From: Eledone cirrhosa
Lineage: Eukaryota
NCBI GenBank assembly: GCA_964016885.1
Contig: OZ024741.1
Coordinates: forward strand, 308,884,001-308,948,000
DNA: 64,000 bases
Reading direction: 5' to 3'
In this document: positions 54,011-64,000 of the stretch, in pieces
Layout of the letters: each line of letters begins with the position of its first letter
Position numbering within the stretch: position 1 is the first letter of the stretch
Notes under the pieces: generated by a model
The model's database searches: none
The model's input: only the letters and a program-made list of their open reading frames with translations
What the model was told of the DNA's origin: nothing
Translations under genes and position numbers: made by a program

Positions 54011-54649
54011 TTCAAAACAATAACAATAACAAGGAGTGCAGTTACGAACAGTGTTGGTATTAGGTTCATATTTGTATGTATGTATGTATACATACATCCA
54101 AGTATATTGTACTGTGTACACATGAAAATTATGAGCACTCAGCATACGTTGTAGAAGTTTTTATTCATATTTGGAAACAATCTCCAAACACACATAAATA
54201 CCACAAGCTTTTTAATGTCCATAATTTAAAGGTTAGTTACTCTTGCCTTAGAGAATATCACTATCCAGATCACACGCTACGATAGAAAGAAACCATATAT
54301 GTATGAAGGCTCTACATCACGCATTCTCCTGCAATTGCTTAAATGAATCCATCTTCAGTTTTTCGAAAACATTGCTCTATTGGGCGACTTTTGCCCCATT
54401 TGAAGGTATTTTGAGTAACCACTTGGAATTAATGGTGATTGACTTCGCTGGAAAATCGACTTGGCATGTTTTCACATTCAGGTCTTGGGGCGCAGAAAAA
54501 TCTCCTTCCTTGCTCTATCTTATCTGGAGGTTTCGGTCCTTAGGAAATGACCTTCGGAATATTCTCAACAATGTATCCTTCTACTCAGCCGGATTACAGA
54601 ACAGCTATGTTTGTCCCTTGGAGAAACAACTTTATATATACATAATAAC

Positions 54650-55240
54650 TTCTACTTTAGACACAAGGCCAGCAATTTAAAGGGCAAGAGAAAGTCGATT
54701 AAATCGACCCCAGTGTATTACTGGTGCTTTTTGTCGACCACGTAAGGATGAAAGACAAAGCTAATCTCAGCGGGATTTGAACTCAGAACGTAAAGGGCCG
54801 TAACTCTATACCGCAAATCATGTTGTCCGACGCTCCACCGATACTGTTAATCCACCGCCTTTATCTATACATAATATTCCTTAACAAGAAACCTTGAACT
54901 TTTATTCTGCTGCCATGAACTCTCTAAAGAGAAGTCTTATTGGAGGTGATAAGAACAATGCTTAGTCGGCAACACCTATCGAAGCAGAATCATGTGACCA
55001 TGGCTTCTCCTTGCACCCGAAAGAAAATTCAAGTTGTCTTTTCCTTTTAACACGTTATTTAATTATGTCATTAAATAATTGTTTCTATTTTTGGCACAAG
55101 GCCAGCAATTATCCCAGTGCATTACTGGTGCTTTATTTTATCGACCCCGTAAGGATGAAAGACAAAGTCAACCTCGATGGGATTTGAACTCAGACCGCAA
55201 AAGGGCGTAAATCTATTCTGCAAAGCATTGCGTCCGATGC
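54650..55240 (-). mobile_element. Two MetaSINE-like copies (54650-54860, 55080-55240)
   Basis: Reverse complement of the family consensus. Confidence 0.75.
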
Positions 55241-55628
55241 CATCTCAAAATCAAATAATTTTTCAATTTTGTTGGTGTTTTCTCTGTTTATGTATACCGT
55301 AATTCCTAATTAACTAATTATGCAAACTGACCTGATGAAGTCGCCAGGATCTTACGTAACAAGGCCATTGAAATATATATATAGTGTTTTTTTGGAACAA
55401 TAAAACTTTAAAGGAATATCACCAGTCTGGTACGATGGATGTTAAATTTATTGTCTCAACTCCGATATATACGTATGTATAAAAACGACGAAAAACAAAA
55501 TTGTGGTGCATTCATCGCTGGCCCCTGCGCACTTACACATTCCTAGCTCTGTGTTTTTTTCCCAGTTTTCTTGCAGAATGAAGCCCACACGTGTCACTAG
55601 TGTCGTGTTTTCTTATGTGTGTGTGTAT

Positions 55629-55728
<100 letters not shown>

Positions 55729-55763
55729 ATATATAGTTATGTAATAAACAACATAAGACAATT

Positions 55764-55838
55764 ATTTCATTTACCAAAGGTTTCACGAAGACAGACGAGC
55801 TCGACACAGACGTCTGAAGTCGCTCATCAGAATGAAAT
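55764..55838 (-). ncRNA. Complete type I hammerhead ribozyme
   Basis: ATTTCATT-CTGATGA-GCGA ctt CAGACG(13 nt)CGTCTG tct TCGT-GAAA-CC(TTT)GG-TA-AATGAAAT: 8-bp stem I, intact core, GUA cleavage triplet. Confidence 0.85.
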
Positions 55839-56388
55839 TTTAAGGAAAAGAGTCTGGACCCTGTCGATCTAGCTGTTCGGATCTGGCTGTCGAAACGATC
55901 GGAGCTCAGCTGTTGGGGACCTCACTCTTTTTCTATTATCCACTGTACTACCCTAAGTATCGAGGACACTGGCTGTGGTCCACCTGGTTTCTTACGACAC
56001 TTTCTTTGTTATATATATACATATACATATATATATATATATATGTGTGTGTATGTGTGTGTGTGTGTATGAGTGTGTGTGTGTGCATGGGTGTGTCTGT
56101 ATATATATATATATATGTGTATATACACACGCAAGCAAACACACACATACGCACACACATACATATATATGTATATATATTTATATCTATTTTTCTGTTT
56201 ACTTATCTATCTATCTATCTATCTATCTATCCATCTATCTATCGATCGATCGATCGATCTGTCTAGCTAGTTATGTAAATAATATGTAGATATATTTGAA
56301 TAATTGTATATAACATATTTGAATAATTGTATATAACACATTACATTTGAAGGTGCTTAAATGCGTAAATGATTCACAGTTCTACATC

Positions 56389-56442
<54 letters not shown>

Positions 56443-56480
56443 TATATATAAATGAAAGGTATAGAAAATATTGTAGCAAA

Positions 56481-56516
<36 letters not shown>

Positions 56517-56634
56517 CTAAATATAAATATATAAATATAAATATGTATATATACGCGTGTGTACGTTTGTGGGTATGTAATTGTATATGTATACATGTAT
56601 ATCTGCATATATGTATATATATATAAATGTATAT

Positions 56635-56701
<67 letters not shown>

Positions 56702-59082
56702 TATATATATATATTTATTATATAAACATATACATATGTATGTATATATATATATACATACACATGTATATACATATATATATTTATACACACACACACA
56801 CACAGACTTATATATATGCATATAAACGCACGCATACACACACACACAAACGGACGCACAGACATACAAAGATACACACACGTACGCTAGTTCAACGCCA
56901 TACTGTGTCAGTCATCAACATTTTATTTAAACAAATAATACTAAATAATATTAATAACATATTTTTATTGGGTTCCGCCATTAGGTAAATTTAGAAGGAT
57001 TTCTGTAGAAAATGTTTTCCTTTATAAGTTTTAAATGTCACATGTCTAGAGTCATATGGAAGTTGTATTTGCTTGTTATTGAATGGTTCTCTTTTAATTT
57101 ATTATGGTGTTTGTTATTGTCTTGTTGTGGTGTTGGCGTTTGTGTGGTGTTGGTGTGGTGTCGTGTTGGTGTGGTGGTGGTGGTGTTGGAGTTGATGTGG
57201 TGTTGGTGTGGTGTGGCGATGGTGTTGCTGTGATGTCGGTGTTGGTGTTACTAGCAATATGTTGGTGTAGTGTTACTAGCAATATATTGGTGTGGTGTTG
57301 GTGGTGTCGGTGTTAGGGCAGTATTAGAGTAAGTTTTTGTGGTGTTGGTTGTGGTATTAGTATGGTGTTGTGGTTTGGTGTTGGCGTTCATGTTGATGTT
57401 AGTTTTGGAGTAGTGTTGGTGTGTTAGTAGTATTGGTGTTGGTAGTGTGGGTGTTGATGTGTTATTGGTGTTGGTATTGATGTTGATATACTTTAATGTA
57501 TGTGATGTTGGTGTTGATGTTGGTGTTGGTGTTGATGTCGATATGATGTTAACGTTGGTGTTGATGTGATGTTGATGTTGATGTTGATGTGATATTAATG
57601 TTTGTGTTGATATTGGGTAGGTAATGCTAATGACTGTGTTTGTTGTATTGTTTTATCCTAGTTGTGTCAATGATGATATGGTGTCAGTGTTTTATGGTTG
57701 TGGTAATATTTGTATTTTGGATATTTCTATTGTTGTTGTTTAACTCCAGACAGTCCTATGCATGTAAGACTATATTCAAACTAGTCATTTAAATGTCCAG
57801 GACTACATTATCTAACATCCCCTCCATTTGTATAGGGCTAGGATTTGGTTGAAAGTCTGATTCTATTTACTTCAAACTTAGTATATTCGATGCTACCACT
57901 GTTATTGAATAAACCAAATCATTAAACTTGTTAATGTACAGATATTTCATTCCTGTGGACAGAATCTCTTGCAGAGTTCTATTACATTTATATATTCTTT
58001 TGAAAACCTATTTACCGTGTAGCTTATACAGGTGTTTACATAGATCCATGTTATTAAATTGTGATATGGTCTCTTCCTCTCCTAGTTTCTTTATTGTTTC
58101 TCCTCGATACTAACTCTAGTTGATCTGTTGTAATGCGTGTTCTCTGCTTCTTGTACGGTGTGGAGTTGAGGGTATAGTTTTGTTGTGACTTAATTTAGTT
58201 GAATGTTTTCATAATGACTGCTATGGCCGTCATCAACATGAAGTAGAAATCTTTTATTATTCATCTCTAGGTTTAGCTTGCTTGTATGATGAGTTCTGTA
58301 GTACTTTTACTATTTTTCACTTTATAGGAACTTACAAATAAACCTACAGTAAAAACAACAGATGGCATTGAAAGGCATACATAATGTTAACAGGGAATAC
58401 TTTTAAATTATGGTGAATATAACACATATTAGTTCGAATCAAGATAGAAATTCACTGAACATTGCTGTTTCAATGCATTTGGAAAATTAAAAGCGGAGGG
58501 AACAACAACATTACAATACGATCAAATATTGTTATAAAAACTATACCATACAATAACAGAAACCAACGATACAGCCCGTGTACGCCAGAAAGATACCATA
58601 TATTAACAACAACAGCAGAATAAACAGAATAACTGTTATATTTTATATGCCCCAAAATACTGAAATATTTTAACATGGAATTTGAAATGCAGCCTGGATA
58701 ATTATCCAAATTTTTCTAAAATTATTTCCTTTGAATACAAAATATTTTTGAAACACTCATGCAATGCAAATTATGAACAATAATGGACACTTGAAGTGTT
58801 ATCCTCTCCTATGTATGTTGTGAGTATAGGGTTACTTCACAATCACTAGCTAAACAAACACAAGGCAACGCCATAGCCATATAACAGGATAGTATCAATG
58901 AAAAAAATAAAATAGTCAATTGAGTAGTTACTTCCGGTACAACCTAATCCGCCATTGAAAGATTACATTCAGTGAGAAACTCTGAATAGCGACCGTGTGA
59001 ATCACTGGCTTTGTAACAATAAATATACTCTACAACATGTATTGAGTCCAAGTCCTCATTCTCTCTTTTGTTAAACATAAAA

Positions 59083-59160
<78 letters not shown>

Positions 59161-59433
59161 CACGCGCGCGCGCACACACACACACACACATATATATATA
59201 TTTGTTTGTGAGGATATGCGTAAACATATAGATTTATTTGAAAACTGTCGCTACAGATGAACCATCCGTTTCAGGTTTTACTGAGACCCTCACTAGAAGA
59301 TGAATATTCCTCCTCCTCTCTCTCTCCCTCTCACTCCCCTCTCTCTCCCTCTCTCTCTCTACCTCTCTCTCACTCTCCTACCCCATCTCCCCCTCTCTCT
59401 CTATATATAGAAATACACACACATATATGTATG

Positions 59434-59487
<54 letters not shown>

Positions 59488-59556
59488 TACACACACGCAC
59501 GCACACACGCGCACACACACACACACGCATACACACACACACACACACACACACAT

Positions 59557-59587
<31 letters not shown>

Positions 59588-59889
59588 CATATATATATAC
59601 GTATGCATTCGTTTAGTTACTCTCAAAGTTTGTGTTCCGGTATCTTTTAGCGATATAGTTGGCCAGCTCGTCAGACTGGTTTGACTACTGACACTCTAGA
59701 AGTCTAGAAGTATGTAGTAAGCATGAAAAGTAAACCGATGAAATGCACGATCGATTTCAATGCACAGACGGATCTTTTTAGTTGTTTTTTTTTGTCTGTT
59801 TTTTTTTCCCTTTTTTTTTTTGTGTTTCTTTATGGCTTCTTTCTAGTTTCGCTTTACATTCATTTGTAATCAGTGTCCTTATTATTAGC

Positions 59890-59921
59890 TAGAAACTGTT
59901 ATTATTTTTATTATTATTACT

Positions 59922-59971
<50 letters not shown>

Positions 59972-60036
59972 TATCATCATCATCAGCATCGTCATCATCA
60001 TCGTCATCATCGACATCATCGTCATCCTCATCATCA

Positions 60037-60089
<53 letters not shown>

Positions 60090-60105
60090 GTTGTTGTTGT
60101 TGTTG
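59890..60105. repeat. Compound trinucleotide microsatellite (CAT)n(TAT)n(TGT)n
   Basis: Direct inspection. Confidence 0.95.
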
Positions 60106-60873
60106 CTTTGTTTTACCCCCCCCCCCGTCCTATTTTGGGGAGAGCTTATCACGAAATCTATCTCCACAAAACAATCAGGAGTAGAAGAAAAACCATAGAA
60201 CGGTGAGTTCTCTCTATTATCCATTTTATTCTTCTGCTTTCATTCTAACAATTGTGTGTTCATGTTGGTGTTTTGGGGAGGATGAGTGGGGTGAAGGGGG
60301 TGAGGGGCTGAGGGTGGGGGTGGTGGGTGGGGGGCTTAAGCATGATAGGGTAAAGGAGTGAGAAGATGGGGCGTTTGTTTGCTCACTGGAACCGAACCAT
60401 GGAGTAGTGTGCCAAGAGCAAATAACACACCAATGTTGGAACTAATTTTGTTATTCTGAATGATAAAACTAGAAAACAAGAAAACAAAAAACAAAAAAAA
60501 AACAAAAAAAAACACTAGAACTAAAACAAAAAGAAGCAGAGGAACGAGAGGGAGACTGAAGATGTTTGAGAGAGACAATGAGAGGGAGAATGAGAGTAAG
60601 GGATATGAGAGGAATGAAGAGGAGAAAGAGAACATTTAAGGTAGATAACAGAAAGAAAGTGTAGAGAGGGAGAGAGAGAGGGTGCAGAGGGAGAGGGAGA
60701 GAGAGGGAGAGAGGGGGGAGAGATAAAGAGAGTGAGAGGGAGAGAAAGAAAAAGTGTGTGAATATGTGAGTGTGTGTAGGGTGCGCCCTGGTGGGTCGGG
60801 TTTAGATGTAATGTTTAGAAGAAAAAGAACAAGAATAAGAAGAAAAAGAGAAATAAGTAGTAGTAGTAGCAGT

Positions 60874-60908
<35 letters not shown>

Positions 60909-62551
60909 TAACAGTACTAGTGGCGGTGGTGGTGGTCGTCGTCGGCGTAGTAGTAGTAGTGGTAGTAGTAGCGGTAGTTGTGGTGGTGGTGGTGGTAGTA
61001 GTAGTTGTAGTAGTGGTGGTGGTAGTGGTGGATGAAAAAGTGGGGGTGAAGTATGAAGTGAGCAAAAGCTGTGTGTAAAATATATAGCATCTGGGACTTC
61101 TGCTCTGCACCATTAGTCTAATTAACCTCCCCTCGCCCGGCTACAATAATGGGGGTGGTTTTATTTCTGGGCTAACTTTGAGGTCGGATATCATTCGGTC
61201 TTGGAGGTACGTGTAGAACTCCCAGCTGGCCACACACTGTTGCTATTCATTTCTGCATTCAGTTCCTGTCCGTAACGTGTCGAGTAGATGGCACTAGCAC
61301 CAATATCTCTGACCGCAACCCTCGTATTGCTCATAACCATATACTACAGGACTAACCTGTGCAGAGATATGTAGTGCGCAAGATTTTATGACCTTCTCGC
61401 CTCCTCGTTAGTCGTAAATAGCAACTAAACGTGTCTATATATCCCACCACACTCGAGAAAGCACACAACTTTCCACATATTAGTCAGTGTGGGATGATGG
61501 AGCAGATTTCTCAGACTCGTCTTCCAGAGGGTGCAATCATCTCTAAATGATTCAGCTGGATCCCCAAACGAGACCAACCGATCCTATAAATGTTATTCAA
61601 ATCCTTGTTCTTGGACTACTGCTGGGTTTCCAATCGGTTGGCGTTTCCCGTGAAATCTGCTCAGCGATTTTTTCCTTAGACGTTCTAACCACATATCCAT
61701 AGTACCAGAGCTGTGGTCTCTCGGTGTGGAGAAGTAGCAGCTCTCCCTGGAGTAACTTCTTGATCTCTGAGCTACGTACTTTACCGAGTAACGTTATTCC
61801 AGAGATCCCCTAGGAGGAACCCCCTTTCAACTGTTTGCTTTGGTGATCGTATTCTTTCGCTTACTAACCAATATCCACGACGAAATACTGGTAGGCACGA
61901 ATACTTCGTCAATTCTTTTTCCTTTGACAAGAACTAGCTATTTATTCAACACCTCCTCATGAACTACAACGTTAGCAACATGTATTCATTTGTAGTTGTT
62001 GATATTGTTAGTGCTATTCTCGTTAATGTTTATACTATTCCTATCATTAAACGTTTTCCACACAATTATTTCTGTTTCTTTTTTTTAATGTAACTGTAAA
62101 TGTTTGTGCTTTAATCTCTGGTTGGCTTGTTTAATTGTCTTTCTTTTTTAAGTCTGTTTTAATTTTCTGAAAATTTTAGGGGCGGTGTTTAAAGTTTTTC
62201 CTCTCATGAAACTATTACTATCATTGTAACTAGTACTTGTTCCTGCCATTACTGATATGGCAACAACACTGCAAATAGCTGGTTACTAAAAAAATATAAA
62301 GAACAAAGCAATAAAGAAATAACTGAAAGTCCTCCAACACATCCAACATCAACATATTTCTAAGTAGAATCATAGGAGTAATTATAAATAATCTCTGAAA
62401 CGCGTATAGATAATCTCTTGTGTTTTTCTGTGTAGTGAGCACAGAGATTGATATAAAACAGTTCACTAAATTACGTTGTCGATTGTTGATCCCATTCACT
62501 TACATACATACATTCATACATACATACATTCATACATACATACATACATGC

Positions 62552-64000
62552 ATGGTGGCTGTCAACTCATTTTCGAGTACGGCCACTACTTTATATCCAT
62601 GTAGGAGAACCCCTACCGATGCGCTGAACGAGTGTGTCTTTTTAGTCCAGCCAGCGACTTGAAAACTCTGGTACAAACACTACACTTGTGACAATTATTG
62701 ACACATAGTGCTGGGCCCATGGTACCATGTAACGATAAGTGCAGAGCGATCTCCAGATATAAAGCAATGCCTGTGCCGTGAAGCTTTTATAGTGAGAAAA
62801 GGCACTGCACAAAGCCAGTCCCTTTCTCTTAACCAAGATGATATTTACCAAAAAGAAGAACAAGTCAACATCATTGGATACCATCGGGGTTGCAGGTGTT
62901 ATATCAGAGTTTTCCTTCTCCTAGAATTCTGCCTTGACAAAGGCTAAGGGGTCATCATACATACATACATGGTGGCTGCCAACTCGTTTTCGAGTACGGC
63001 CACTACTTTATATCCATGTAGGAGAACCCCTACCGATGTGCTGAACGAGTGTGACTTTTTAGTCCAGCCAGCGACTTGAAAACTCTGGTACAAACACTAC
63101 ACTTGTGACAATTATTGACACATAGTGCTTTACCTTTGGTACCATGTGACGACAAGTGCAGAGAGATCTCCAGATATAAAGCAATGCCTGTGCCGTGAAG
63201 CTTTTATAGTGAGCAAAGGCACTGCACAAAGCCAGTCCCACTCTCTTAACCAAGATGATATTTACCAAAAAGAAGAACAAGTCAACATCATTGGATACCA
63301 TCAGGGTTGAGGTGTTATATCAGAGTTTTCCTTCTCCTAGAATTCTGCCTTGACAAAGGCTAAGGGGTCATCTCTCCCAGTGATTTTGGATGGCCATTGA
63401 CTCTTAAGAGATCCTTTGCCCTTTGACAGGTTTTGTTTTTAGTCCTGCAGGATGTCCAAAGTCACCCTCCTCACCAAGAAACCTTGGTGGGGTTGCCAGT
63501 TTAGTCGCCAACGACCCGACCATGAGACAGGTTGTACTGGGATACATGTTACCGGTAGCACCAAGTGGTGACCTGACATATATACATATATACACACATA
63601 TACATATATATACATATACATATATATACATATACATATATATACATGGTGGCTGCCAACTCGTTTTCGAGTACGGCCACTACTTTATATCCATGTAGGG
63701 GAACCCTTACCAATGCGCTGAACGAGTGTGACTTTTTAGTCCAGCCAGCGACTTGAAAACTCTGGTACAAACACTACACTTGTGACAATCATTGACACAT
63801 AGTGCTGGGCCCATGGTACCATGTGATGACAAGTGCAGAGAGATCTCCAGATATAAAGCAATGCCTGTGCCGTGAAGCTTTTATAGTGAGCAAAGGCACT
63901 GCACAAAGCCAGTCCCACTCTCTTAACCAAGATGATATTTACCAAAAAGAAGAACAATTCAACATCATTGGATACCATCAGGGTTGCAGGTGTTATATCA
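62552..64000 (-). mobile_element. Three head-to-tail copies of the bipartite RTE-derived element (62552-62956, 62969-63576, 63646 to window end)
   Basis: Near-identical repeats separated only by (CATA)/(TA) microsatellite. Confidence 0.88.

Noticed and set aside
59258-59300. Hammerhead-like motifs on the minus strand here (CTAGTGA..GAAA) and at ~59635-59680 (CTGACGA..TAAA)
   Set aside because: Core substitutions and weak stem I. They are possible fossils but unsupported without a family consensus.
61150-62260. Decayed L1/Tx1-like ORF1 on the minus strand; other coding-looking relics at 54200-54630 and 57750-58330
   Set aside because: Only vague motif resemblance with many stops. It cannot be assigned without a profile search.

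Overview
AT-rich eukaryotic DNA with no confidently identifiable host protein-coding gene. Microsatellite density ((TA)n, (CA)n, (CATA)n, (GGT)n) and SINE families suggest a cephalopod (Octopus-like) intron or intergenic region; this is an inference. There is a 200-N gap at 28272-28471, and most ORF-track entries are microsatellite translation artefacts. Real coding content is transposon-derived. It includes a 5'-truncated but stop-free CR1/L2-group LINE ORF2 (30488-33175) and a Penelope-like RT+GIY-YIG ORF (35546-37384, YVDD changed to YVHD). There are also decayed RTE, CR1, CRE, Gypsy, hAT-like and second Penelope remnants. Non-coding mobile DNA includes MetaSINE-like and CORE-like SINEs, piggyBac-, Tc1- and hAT-type MITEs, a non-autonomous Helitron and a tandemly arrayed bipartite RTE-derived element. 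The most striking hidden layer is a set of hammerhead ribozyme motifs, mostly in short islands embedded in (TA)n arrays. One is a complete type I hammerhead (55764-55838, minus strand) in a retrozyme-sized unit. Two are intact minimal hammerheads (37786-37817, and 30075-30110 with a compensatory U3-A8 core), and several more are degenerate. Other notable items are large fold-back palindromes, a tRNA-like Pol III unit with a non-canonical anticodon loop, and a hidden Thr-rich mucin-like reading frame.
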